IMG/VR virus record: IMGVR_UViG_3300021399_000140
DNA from: an uncultured virus (IMG/VR IMGVR_UViG_3300021399_000140)
Lineage: Duplodnaviria > Heunggongvirae > Uroviricota > Caudoviricetes
Reading direction: 5' to 3' (one strand)
DNA: 64,000 bases
Part shown: positions 49,368-61,010 of the stretch, piece by piece
How the letters are laid out: every line of letters begins with the position of its first letter
Position numbering within the stretch: position 1 is the first letter of the stretch
Translations under genes and position numbers: made by a program
The notes under the pieces: generated by a model
The model's input: only the letters and a program-made list of their open reading frames with translations
Databases searched by the model: none
Told to the model about the DNA's origin: nothing

Positions 49368-49759
49368 ATGTCAGTAGACGAAACTTTTTAGCTAGTTTAG
49401 CAGCTACAGCAATTGTGCCAGCTTTTGCAGCAGGTGTTTGCACTTCATATGAAGCATCAACATTTGACAAAATAAATGCACAACGCTTAATAAAGCATTA
49501 CCACACTGCTATAAAAAATACAATATATGAAGTCTTTAATGAATATAGTTATGAGCATGTAGATTGGAGTACATGTGTTTCAATGTAGAATAGACTATTC
49601 AAGAAGCTAGTTGATGCTAAAATAACAGATAAGTTCTATGCATGCTATACATATTCTTCATTAAGTCAAGTCAAGCATGAATTGTCATTGTCAGTGTCAT
49701 TGATGCCGACTAAGATACTTGAAGCAACAATTATAACAGGAACAATATTATATGTCTGA
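49364..49759 (+). CDS. Small protein with a twin-arginine (Tat)-like signal
   Basis: MNVSRRNFLASLAATAIVPAFA. Confidence 0.65.
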
Positions 49760-50342
49760 CGAATATAAGAAGTTCATCAAGAATGACATTGCGACATTCT
49801 CAAAAGACATTGACATTCTTAGGTCATTAGTCAGATACTAGAATTGCCATAGAAATGTTGATGAGACTGTCGCCGAGCATAGCTTCTATGTAGCTATTCT
49901 TGTGTTGAAGCTTAGAGAGTACTATAACTTCAATCTTGAGACAGCATTGAAGACAGCTTTAGTGCATGATGTGATGGAAGCAAAGATAAGTGATGTTCCT
50001 CACAACATCAAGCTTGCAAATCCTAAGCTTGCTGCTGCCCTTGAAGAAGCAGAAGCTAATGTCACTAAAGACATGCTTTCTGATGAAGCTTTGCAGCTTA
50101 TACGTGACTTCAATCATGGAACTACTCCAGAAGGTCTTGCTTGCCAGTTAGGTGACATTCTTTCAGTAGTGATGTACTCTAATGCAGAGCTTGTAAGTGG
50201 AAACAAAGTGTTCAACTACATCGCTATAAAAGCAATTGAGCGCTGCAAGCAAGTTGTACAAGCATTAGAGCCATACATCAATGCTCCATATACAAGCGTA
50301 TAGATAATGAACAAGATAAATTAGATCATCAACATCTACTAA
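49752..50342 (+). CDS. HD-domain 5'-deoxynucleotidase (YfbR/DatZ-like)
   Basis: LVRY, ETVAEHSFYV and ALVHDVMEAKISDVP. Confidence 0.88.
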
Positions 50343-50348
50343 GGAACA

Positions 50349-50882
50349 ATGATGATTTGCGTAAATCTTTTTGGCGCTCCAGGTTCTGGAAAAAGCACAT
50401 GTGCAGCATATACATTCGCTAAGCTCAAGATGCTTGGAGTTAACTGCGAGCTTGTGACAGAGTTCGCTAAAGACAAAGTGTGGGAAGACAACAAGACAGC
50501 ATTGCACAATCAAGTGTATGTGTTTGCTAAGCAGTACTACAGACTAGCAAGATGCGCTGACAAAGTTGATGTTGTCATAACAGACAGTCCATTAGCATTG
50601 TCTCCATTCTACAATACTGACAAAGACATACATGAGCCATTGAAGCTTCTTGCATACAAGCTGTCTTAGAAGTACAACAACTTGAACTACTTCTTGAGAA
50701 GAATAAAGAAGTACAATCCAGTTGGAAGACTTGAGACAGAAGAAGAAAGCAATCAAAAAGCAATTGGCTTGAAGAACATGCTTTGTGAATACTAGATTCC
50801 ATTCAAAGAGATTGACGGAGACTTGATGTCAGCAGACATAATTGTCCAAGACATTCAAGAAGCTTTGTCTAAAGGAGTATGA
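50349..50882 (+). CDS. P-loop kinase (AAA_28/NadR-like)
   Basis: NLFGAPGSGKST, ELVTEFAKD, ITDSPL and YNPVGR. Confidence 0.85.
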
Positions 50883-50889
50883 TTTCAGT

Positions 50890-52110
50890 ATGATAGATGA
50901 AACTTTGCTAGATTTCCAAGTATTAGCTAAGCCAGAGAAAGATCTTTTCAAGAAGATCTAGAGCAATGCTAAGTTCAAGACTATTTCAGATGTTCTGAAA
51001 ACAAAAGTTGGAATAAACAACTTCTACAACTTCAGCATCTGCATTAAGTCAACAATAGCAATGAGAGACATTGTCTTGAACTCGCAATTTGTGAGTGGTT
51101 GGGCAAGAAGCAGCCAAGTTCTGAATGACAATGACTCAAAGTTCTCAGTGTACAAGTTCTTGTCAAGATCCAAAGATGAGACAAATGCTTGGATAAAGTA
51201 GATGGAAGAGCTTGAAGCTGCAGGCCATTCAATGGACAACATGCGAGCTTTGATCTATCTAGATTCAATAGGAGACTATGCAATATCTATAGATATACTT
51301 CATCTACTCTATTTGACAATTGTTCTAGATTGCATCCATGAAAACTTAGATTAGTTGCATGATGACTTCAAGCTTGAAGTCAAATGGTTCATTGACAAAT
51401 TTCAAACACTTCTTCTAGAGTATGATGTCCAATGGCAAGATTTCAAGAAAAGCATGTGTGATGCTGCATTTGCAGATTTTCCAGCTATAAATGGAGCAAA
51501 TGTAGACATAGCAAACATAGCTAGAGAAGATGTCTACTCTATAGCAGCGACATACAGTGTCATTGGACAGATTTGGAGACATAGAACATTGTTGAAGCAG
51601 TATTCAGCAAAGACTTATTCTGAAGAAGTTGAAGTAGCTAAGATGTGCACAAAGCTGTACAACTTCAATGACATTGGAATGCATAAAGACATTGCAGATC
51701 TTGTACGAAGCTAGACAGAGAAAGCTACAAACATCTATGGGCTTTGTCAAGGAACAATAACTCCATTCAAGTTTACTGGAACTGTTGGAGCTATACATAA
51801 AGCACTTAGCTAGAGAACTTGCTTCATAAATGACAGTCCATAGTTCAAAGACGCATTTGAGCAATTTGCTAGAAAATATCCAAAACTTCCACTTCTTCCA
51901 CCATGCAAGTTGAACACTACTTCATCAAACAGCTGCTATGTTGGGTATGTGAATGAAAGCAGGTTGCGTGGAGAAGAGAAGACATAGGTTGCATGTCCAA
52001 TTTGGTGCAAGTCTCAAGGAAAGCTTGATGCATACAAGACTTCACTTGAATCATCTAAGACGCAGTGGTATCTAGACAATCTAGATCTTTGGAAGAATGT
52101 CTGCAAGTGA
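50890..52110 (+). CDS. Divergent ThyX/Thy1-like flavin-dependent protein (possibly two domains)
   Basis: QIWRHRT and LS(Q)RTC in the second half; WARSS and DNMRAL in the first half; lies between nucleotide kinases. Confidence 0.55.
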
Positions 52111-52133
52111 GTACAATATAACAGGAGATTGAT

Positions 52134-52739
52134 ATGAAGACATATTGCATTAGTTTTGAAGGAATTGACAAAGCTGGAAAATGGCAAGTCATGAAGTATG
52201 TAGACATTCTTGCAAACCATAAGTATGTTCTTATGGACAGAGGCTTGATGTCAAACATCACATATGCACGAATATTCAAGCGAGACTACTAGTATGACAT
52301 AGCCCAATTCAAAGATTGGGTGTTTGTGTATCTTTTCTGTGATGAAGATGATTGGAATGTTCGTTGCAAGCTTACTAATGAGCCAACTATTGACTATACA
52401 AAGCATAAGTTAGAATTTGACAAGACTTATGAAATGTTTACTAAAGCTGGATTCAAGACATTGTCAGCTAATACTTCACATGTGACGCCTTATGATCTAG
52501 CATTAGAGATAATTCGTCAGATTGAAGAGCTTAACAAAGCGCAAGAGCTTCTTGAAGCTAAAGAAGCTGCTGATAAAGCAGCACCTTAGGTTGAGGCTCC
52601 TCAAGCAGAAGTGATTTCAGCTGAAAGCAATTAGCTTGAACCAGATCCACCACCTGCAGCTGAACCAATTGATTATGAACCAACTACATGTGATGATTGC
52701 ACTACATGTGATGGATGCACTACAACATGTGGTGAATGA
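52134..52739 (+). CDS. dNMP (thymidylate-like) kinase with Pro/Glu- and Cys-rich tail
   Basis: SFEGIDKAGK, MDRGLMSNITYA and VYL; tail TTCDDCTTCDGCTTTCGE; AGGAG RBS. Confidence 0.8.
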
Positions 52740-52765
52740 TTTTTGTTGACAAAGCTGTGTTGTTG

Positions 52766-52799
52766 AATGGACCATGTTAACATGGTCCATTTATTTTTT
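52766..52799 (+). terminator. Rho-independent terminator
   Basis: AATGGACCATG-TTAA-CATGGTCCATT followed by a T-tract. Confidence 0.75.
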
Positions 52800-52804
52800 C
52801 AAGA

Positions 52805-52811
52805 GTAAATA
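52805..52811 (+). promoter_or_regulatory. GTAAATA late promoter (portal)
   Basis: Motif recurs 7-40 nt upstream of about 13 gene starts; resembles T4 late TATAAATA. Confidence 0.65.
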
Positions 52812-52846
52812 GTAAATGGTTACAGTACAAGAAAGAAATAGACAAT

Positions 52847-54679
52847 ATGGCATTTTCATGGAATCCAGCTGCAGACAGACAGCAGCATTCAGCATAGCAA
52901 AATGACAGTCCATTGACTGATAGAAATCCTAACTACAACACATTCAACAGAGTGAATGATGACATAGCTAGAGCAGTGTCGTTGAAGTCAGTCATTGGAA
53001 AGAACGTAGCACAGCAAAGACCATTAGCAAATCCAATTTGGCAGACAATCTTTGGAACAGATCTGCTTGCAATGCCAGTTGCTACAAACAAGACTGAGCG
53101 AATTGCACAATACAGAAAGATATCAGAGTTCACAGAATGCCAATGGTGCTTAGATGAGATCTGTGATGACTTCTTGCATGAAGATCCTTCTACTGGAAAG
53201 ATATTGACGTTGAAACTTCCAGATGGAAAAGAGAACCTCAATGAGACAAGACGCTAGATAATACAAGAAGAGTTTGAGCGTTTCATTGGTCTTTTCAAGC
53301 TTCGTGAAGAAGGCTACACTATAATACGCCGTTTTCTTGTTGAAGGTGAGCTTGCATGGGAAAACATCATAAACAACAAGTATGAAGACAAAGGAATAAT
53401 TGGAGTAAAGTTCCTTAGACCAGAGTACTATGAGACATTGATAGACACAGTCACCGGTGAAAGAATAGGAATATTCTTTGACACAGAAAAGCTTGCTACA
53501 GACATGCGTCAGATACTTTCTAACTCATATCTTGGTTCTGCTTAGATATTCAACTCAATTGTTCCAACTACAGTGTCATTCTCTTTCAATAGAGACACTT
53601 GCATTCCATTGCTGTATTCATAGATAACTCACATTGACTCTGGCTTCTACTCACCAGATGGCATGATATGCTATCCAATACTTGAATAGACAAAGCAAGC
53701 ATATCATCAACTTGCATTGCTTCAAGATGCAGCAGTGATTCTTCGTGTCACTAGAGCTCCAGAAAGACTGTTGTTCAACATCTCAACTGGAAAGATGAAC
53801 TAGAACTACGCTGATGAGTATGTAAGAAACTTCGCAATGGGCTTGAAGCAGAAGAAAGTTGTGTCACCTGGTGGAGACATCGCAGGAGTGTACAATCCAG
53901 TCTCAATGCTTGAGTCTTACATCTTTGGAAAGTCAGATGGAAATGATGGAACTTCAATAGAGTCTGTTGGTTCATCTGCTGACTATGATCAGCTTGGTGA
54001 CATCGAGTATTTCTTAAGAAGATTCATGAAGCAACTTAAAGTTCCATTCTCTCGCTACAAGACTCCAGAAAACACAATGGAGAAGAATGACACAATAAGC
54101 CAAGAAGAGTATGCATTCTCAAGATTTGTCATTCGTCTACAAAGACGTGTTGCGCTTGGCTTCAAGAATGGTTTCATTGTAGATCTTAAGCTGCGTGGAA
54201 TGTGGGACAAGTACTAGCTTAAAGATTCAGATCTTGACATACAGTTCTCAAAGCCTGCATTGTATGACTTGTATGAGACATAGCAGCAGATTGAGACAAG
54301 AATGAACATCTACAAGTCAGTTGTTGATCAAGAAGAGTTCAGCAAGATTGTAGCAATGAAGAAGTTTCTTGGATATTCTGATGCTGATGTTGAAGAGAAC
54401 TTCAGATGCCTTATTGAAGAGAAGCAGAGAACACAACTTGCAGAATGGTATGGTGAGCAACTTAATTCTGAAGGACCAGCTGTGTTTGACAGTCCAGTCG
54501 CAATCAAAGGAAAGACTAACACCGGTGAAGAGGAAACTAAACCAGAAGGTGAGGGTGGAGAAGGAAAAGAAGGTGAAGAGGGCGAAGGCAGTGAAGGTGA
54601 AGGAGAAGGCGGAGAAGAAGGTGGAGAAGAGGAAGAGAAGAAAGAAGCTCCACCACCAGCTACATTTGGTCTTGGCTAA
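52847..54679 (+). CDS. gp20: Portal vertex protein (T4 gp20-like)
   Basis: LDEICDD, RRFLVEG, LLQDAAVILRVTRAPERLLFNISTGKM, DIEYF...LKVPFSR; acidic Gly/Glu tail. Confidence 0.93.
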
Positions 54680-54699
54680 TAAGGTTTGCTTTCATAAAC

Positions 54700-54736
54700 A
54701 AAAAATGGTCCACATTGAAGTGGACCATTTCTTTTT
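54700..54736. terminator. Bidirectional terminator between convergent genes
   Basis: AAATGGTCCAC-N7-GTGGACCATTT flanked by A and T tracts. Confidence 0.75.
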
Positions 54737-54753
54737 CTATGAGCAAATCAAAT

Positions 54754-55368
54754 TCAGTCTTTTCCTTTGTCATCAAGCAACTTGACAATCTGCTCCTAGC
54801 TGTATGCAGCTAGATTCTCAACATCAATTGGATCATCGCTGCTGTTAAGTTGCTTAAGCTCCATGTCATATTTGTGCTTTATAGCCATAAGCTCTTTCTT
54901 CTATTCTTGCTGAAACACCATTATTCGAATCTTGTCAACATATCTTTGTCGCTCTTTGTACATTGATATGAACTCAGCTATGTTGATGTGTATTCCTTCA
55001 AGAAGTTTAGCTGCAGCTTGTATTGCTTCAGGATCTACAAGATCACATGTGACAAGAGATGCATGGACATGCTTGAACAACTGCTTAGCTATCTAGATGA
55101 GATCTTCAACTTCTTTCATTGAAGAGTCCATGTCAACTAATGCTTCTGGCGCATTTCCAGATGTCTTGAGTTCATCTAGCTTCTAGTCTACTGCACTAAG
55201 ACTGCTTTTCACGCCATCATCAAGATGGCTCATAGCATCTTGTATTTCATTAGTGTCAGTCTGAAGACCATCAAGAAAGTCATCAATTGACTAGTCGTCT
55301 TTTATTCCTAACAGCTCATTTATCTTCTGCTCACTCGTCTTTGGAGCATTGTCACTCTGATTGTCCAT
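54754..55368 (-). CDS. Helical protein, possibly small terminase-like
   Basis: Open 204 aa in code 15 (MDNQSDNAPK...), missed by the track; function is a contextual guess. Confidence 0.5.
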
Positions 55369-55987
55369 AGTCATTTTCAATGTAGCTCTTTATGCATTTG
55401 TTCAAGCTTGTGTTTGGAGATATTCCAGAGTAAGATTCTAGCTCTTCTGAAAGCTTTATCAATAAGTCACGCTTTATGTTGATGTGCTTGTAGTGCTTTC
55501 CAATAACAGTGAGAAAAGCATTCCAAGCACATTGTGTGCACCAAGCAAAAGGATTTGAAAACTCAAAGTTGTAGTTCTTAAGTCCTTTTATAAGCTTGTA
55601 GTAGAAGTAGCTTGCCATGTCTTGCTTAAGCTCATATGAGTAGTTTCTGAAGTTGCTATGGTTCAAAAGCTTGTTTGCAATTGCCATCATCATCATTCCA
55701 AGCTTTTCTGATATTATTCTATTTTCAACTATCTTTGAGCTATCTCTCCAAGCTACAAGTTCAGCTTGCAACTCTTTGTTAGTGCAATAGAATCGATCTT
55801 TATTAGCAGGAACATCTTCACCTCTAGCATGTTTAGCAGCTTCTTTCTCTTTTTGCTTCTTGAGCTTCAATGCTTGCTTCTATGCTAATGTGAGTTTTGG
55901 TTTCTTTACTAATTCTTGGTTTTTGTCTACATTTTTTCTAGGACGACCTCTAGTTCTTTTTGCTTCTTTTTTCTCTATAGTTGCCAT
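55352..55987 (-). CDS. gp55: Late-transcription sigma factor (T4 gp55-like) with N-terminal AT-hook-like extension
   Basis: FYCTNKEL, IANKL..SNFRNYSY..DM and NPFAWCTQCAWNAFL; N-terminal RTRGRPRK. Confidence 0.9.
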
Positions 55988-56011
55988 TTGTTGACTTTCT
56001 TAAATTGAAAT

Positions 56012-56031
56012 AAAGTAAATATATTTACTTT
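56012..56031. promoter_or_regulatory. Palindrome containing GTAAATA on both strands upstream of gp55
   Basis: AAAGTAAATATATTTACTTT is a perfect palindrome. Confidence 0.6.
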
Positions 56032-56127
56032 ACAACATATATTGTACAGTACTGCGCAATACTGTATGTAAAAATGTTAAAAATCTAAAAATAATTCTAG
56101 ATTTTTGCAGAAGTAAATAGTTTAGTT

Positions 56128-57387
56128 ATGGTAAACTTGAAGAAAATATACACAAACATCCTTAAAGAAAGTAGAGCAAGTCATTTGAAGCATCTGTTTG
56201 ATGATGGAACAATGACGTTTGATGACTTTAGAAGCACTTTCAAGAATGTGTTCAAAGGAAAAGTTGGAATTTCAAACAAAGTGAAGAAGATTCCATTGTC
56301 AATAACATACAAAGATGGCTAGTACATGCTTGCTAATGACAAGAACTCTTTCAAAGAGCCATTTAGCATAGACAAAGTATGCAGCAAATGCAAATGTGAA
56401 GGTGAGATGAAAGAAGCAGTGACAAATACATTGCAGACATTCATAGCAGCATTAGACAAGCTTGACTAGAAAGACAGAAACAGCATTTTTGCTAATGGCT
56501 AGAACTACTACTCAGTTGATCTTGTTCTTCCACCTGCTAAATGCATACAAGACTACCATAACAGATGCTTTTTGCAAAGAAACAAAGTCAATTGCTATGA
56601 CAACACATTCAGCAATGTAGTTGAAGATGATGACAACACAAACAAGTTGTCAGAGAAGTTGAAGCTTGACAAAGCGCTTGAAGAATGTGGAGTTGACATA
56701 TCTCAAGATTGCATAGATCGTTTGAAAGGATCTGCATCTCCAAACAAAGCGCTAGAAGAGCTGCTAGCAGATCTTGCTAAGATTGTTGATGGAATTGGCT
56801 ACAAAGCAACAGTGAATGACTATGTCAGAGAGCGCTATGCTAGATACATTGTAAACACTGCTTTGCAGAAGGGAATTGACTTGTATGCTAATTCTGACTT
56901 TGTGCAAGAGCTTATTGCAAGATTAAGCCATATTTCAGACCATAGACCAAATAGAGCAGACTTGATAACCTATGCTAAGCGTGGTGGAATTGACTTCAAA
57001 TGTCCAGAATACAGAGAGCTTATAGACTAGCTTGAGCAAAATGCTGAAGAGACTAACAACTAGATAATGAAGCCAATTGAAGAGCTAGTTCTAAAAGCTG
57101 GAACATTGTTGATTAAATGCTTGCTTGGAATGGTAGTAGCTGATCCAAGAAAAGATGCAAGAAAACTTCTAGCAGAACTTGATGCTATGTTGCTTACGCT
57201 TGACCAAGGTGATGAAGGAATAACACCAAACAAAGTGCATCAGTTCAGAAAATGCATGCAGAAGCTCAATGCTTATCAAGCAAGCATTCCACCGGAAGGA
57301 ATACTCATAATGCATAATGGAAAAGTATGCAAGATATGTGGAACTTTTGGCGCTATAAATGACATTGGCAGAATGATGTAGCTGTAA
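56128..57387 (+). CDS. Paralog of 57849..59126 with degenerate ligase-like motif I
   Basis: SHLKHLFD...TF...F.GK..IS.K, PIEELV and EGIL...KICGTFGAIN are colinear with the downstream paralog. Confidence 0.7.
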
Positions 57388-57410
57388 GTACAATATTAAA
57401 GGAGCAAACA

Positions 57411-57833
57411 ATGAAGAACATTCAGCCATATTCAATTGCTACTAATGTAGCAAGATTCATGAATGAGTCACTTGATGAAGATGCAATTGAGCAGACAGAT
57501 GAAGCAGAAGGAAAGCTTGCTACAAACAACTTCACAGTGAAGAATGTAATGGATGTAGACACGACTGCTGGACAGAATAAAGTGACAGTTGGATCTATAT
57601 CTTAGCTCTATGGATTGCTTAAGAAGAACAATGCTACAATAGCAATAGTTGATTTTAGTCTTCCAGAAGTTCCATTATGCTTGTATGTTCAAGGTGACTC
57701 AAAGAAAGCAGCTGACAGCATAAAGTACTATGCCTCAACATTGACTAGAAGCATCAAGTCTGATGGTCCTGAAGACACAATTGACACAGATAGTGTTGAT
57801 GATAATGCAGATGATGAAGTCATAGATACATGA
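57411..57833 (+). CDS. Hypothetical acidic protein
   Basis: AAGGAG RBS; two fragments joined by TAG. Confidence 0.65.
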
Positions 57834-57848
57834 AATGAGAACAACAAT

Positions 57849-59126
57849 ATGAAGACATTCTACAAATGGCTTGAAGAAAGCAAAGACATATTGTGTGAAG
57901 GTGGCGCTCAAGGCCATCTTTCACATCTTTTTGAAAGTCCAAACTTGACATTCAAGCAGATAAAAGACATATTCTAGAAGCTTTTCACTGGAAAGCTTGA
58001 GATAAGTGAAAAGACAGATGGATAGAACTTGACTGTCACTTGTATTGATGGAAAAGTCAAAGCAGCTAGAAACAAGTCAACATTGAAAGAGCCAATGGAC
58101 ATTGACGCTGTTGCTAAGAAGTTTGATGGAAGAGGTCCAATCAAAGATGCATTTGTAAACAGCATGAAAGATGTGCAGAAAGCGCTTGAGTCATTGTCAA
58201 AAGAGCAGCAAGACTAGATATTTGACAATGGAAAGAACTTCATGTCATTTGAGATAATATATCCTCCTACTAAGAATGTTGTTGACTATGGAAACAGATG
58301 CTTGATATAGTTCCATGGAATAGCTAAGTACAATGAAAAATGGGAGAAAGTCTCAGAAGACAAAGCTGCAGCTAAGCAACTTTACGCTATGCTTCAGCAG
58401 AATGATGCTTTGAAGCAGCAGACATTTGAGATAACTGGTCCTGCAATACTTCGAATAAAGAATGCAAAGACTGGTGCAGCATCTTTGAAGACAGTTCTTG
58501 AGAAGTTTGCTAAAGTTCAAGGAGATCTTCCTGACAGCACAACTGTAAATAAGTATGCTAAGCAACGTTATATTGGCTACATAATGAATAGAGCAAGTGA
58601 AGCTGAACTTCAACTTAAGCCAAACTCTAAGCTTGTAAGCGGTCTTGCAGACAGACTTAGCACCGTGTCAAAACGTGCAATAACTAAGTCAGAGATTACA
58701 GAACTTGCTAAGAAAGAGAAGATCGATCCAACATCAGAATAGTTCAAGACATTCTTGAAGCAGCTTGAAAGCACTATGGCTGATGCTAACTAGCAAGTCA
58801 TAAAGCCACTAGAAGATGTTGTCATATATGCTGGTCTTAGACTGATGAAGAATCTTGTTGGCTACATATCAGCTAATCCAAAAGAGACAGCTAAGAAGAT
58901 GGCAGATGAAGTTGACCAAGCTATAGAGCAGCTTGCATCAACTGAGACAAGTCTTGATCCAAGCAAAGTTGCTCGTTTCAAGAAGAATCTTGCAAAACTT
59001 GATGAGTTTCAGAGATAGACTGCATCAGCTGAAGGTGTTGTGTTCATCTACAAAGGAAAGATCTGCAAGCTGACATCTACATTTGGTGCAGTCAACTAGA
59101 TATTAGGTTTGTTCAAATTTGGATAA
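57849..59126 (+). CDS. Ligase/nucleotidyltransferase-fold protein (EKxDG), probably head-packaged
   Basis: GHLSHLFE, SEKTDG(TAG=Q)NL, AARN, FEIIY, EGVVF and KLT; N-terminal MKTFYKWLEE. Confidence 0.7.
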
Positions 59127-59142
59127 TCATTTGGAGCGGTAA

Positions 59143-60999
59143 ATGAAGAATTTTATGACATTTGAGTCATGGCTGTTTGAAAGCAGCAAAAAAGACAAGA
59201 CAAAAAACATTGTAGAAGGCGCTAATAGCAATCCAGCAAAAAATGACTCGCATGAGATTTTGACAGCTATATTGTGCTTGTTGCCAAAGTCAAAAGTAGA
59301 GAACTATATGCAACGTCTAACTAAAGATGCAACTGAAGCAGAAAAGATCTTGCCAGAACTTTACAAGTTTGCAAATAGTGCAGCAACTTCAAGCAAGCTT
59401 AGAGGAGCTAAAAAAGATGATTCAAACATACAGTCAATAGTGAAAAATCCAAATTCTCCTACATTTTTAGCAAAAGCAATATCAGCGGCATTGAGGATTC
59501 TAGATGTTGCAAAGACATCTTTTAGCAAAAAATCTAGCAAAAAGCCATTGAAAGAAGATGAAACTGGTGGAGGAGTTGCTAATACTGTATATTTGACTGG
59601 AAATTCATGGGATGAAGACATTGCTACTTACAGCGGTGTTGACAATCTTAAAGACAAAGGTGTTGAAAGTTGTGGCATGAAAGACTTCAACTCATCAGAC
59701 ATTGTGTTGTCAAATGGCAAAAGCTTTCTTGGTGTGTCATTGAAGCATAAAGACAGAGTCAACAGCCAAGATCCAACAGTAATAAATAGAGCATTCACTG
59801 ACACTATAAAAAGTGATGAAAAAACAAGAAAAGCAGTAAATTCTGCTATAACATCTGCATTCAATTCAATATTGAAAGATCCAAAGTTCTTAGATGCTAT
59901 TTTTGGAAATAGCAAGAAAACTGCACCATTGTTTGTGAAGGCTATTGTTGACAAGCAGTTGGCTAACATAATAGGAAGCTATGACAACAACAGCAAGTCT
60001 TACTTGACATTGAATGACATAATAAAATCTATAGATGTAGAAAGCAAAGGAAATGCTTGCAAAAAGCTAGTTGCAACGCTAAAAGATCCAGTAAAGTCAT
60101 TTGAAGATTCAGTAGCTACATCTGATTCAGTTGGTTCAAGACTTTTTAGCATGCAAAGTGATGATGCTGCACCATTAGACAAAGCATAGAAAAAACAGCT
60201 TAATTCATTGAAAGCTACAAGAAAAGAAATAAAAGACGCAATAGGAACATTGATTGCTACACTTCAGCATACTGACAAGACAGCATTAGAGAAAATATAT
60301 GTCAATATAGGAAATTGCATACGTTCAAACTTAAGCAAAGCAAAAAATGATGACAACACAATTTGGACAATTGCTTTTTCTGAGACAAAAGGCTTAATGA
60401 ATGATGAATATGAAGCTCCAGACGCAGCAAAAAAAGGAACTAGAATAAAAGACAAAGTCAGAGAGCTTGTCAACAAAGAGCTAGCAGATCCAAAAAAGCC
60501 ATACAAACGTGGAGTTCAAGATGCATTGAACAACAAAGCAATTGCATTAGATGTAGCAAACCAATTAGCCAACATAATATTCAAAGCTAATGCAGAAAAT
60601 GGACTAGACATACTTAGAAAGATGCATAGATTTGACTTTGGCCTTTGCACAGGAATAGCTGTCTACAAGAAAGGCCAAGGAAAGTCCGCAAAGCCTACTT
60701 TCTAGATAGACAAAGCAGACTATGAGCCAATAGAGAAAGTGACATCTCTTATGCTTAAGCTGAAAGAGATAGGAGATCCAAAGCTTATAGCAATTGAAGA
60801 TCAAGCAGAGAAAGCTGGTGCTGTGACATTAGCATACTATCTTAACATTGGTGGAATGAATGTAGCTAAAGTAGAGATACGATACAAAGGCGTCTATACA
60901 TCATCTCCAACATTCACTGCTACAATAACAAAAGAGTTCAAAGCAGCACTTGAAAACACTGACTCTAATTTCACTGTAGCAAACAATGCTAAAAAATAA
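59143..60999 (+). CDS. PD-(D/E)xK nuclease-like protein, probably head-packaged
   Basis: HEILTA, SSDIVL...GVSLK and EIRYKG; three in-frame fragments; N-terminal MKNFMTFESWLFE. Confidence 0.55.
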
Positions 61000-61010
61000 T
61001 AGGACATATC

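Noticed and set aside
49752..50342. 2-aminoadenine (Z) genome pathway via a DatZ-like HD enzyme
   Set aside because: No PurZ or MazZ in the window; the HD family alone is not diagnostic
54530..54660. GAAGG-rich repeat element
   Set aside because: Low-complexity Gly/Glu tail of the portal protein
28827..60999. Restriction-modification pair from the MTase and the PD-(D/E)xK-like protein
   Set aside because: The genes are about 30 kb apart in different regulons, and the nuclease call is weak
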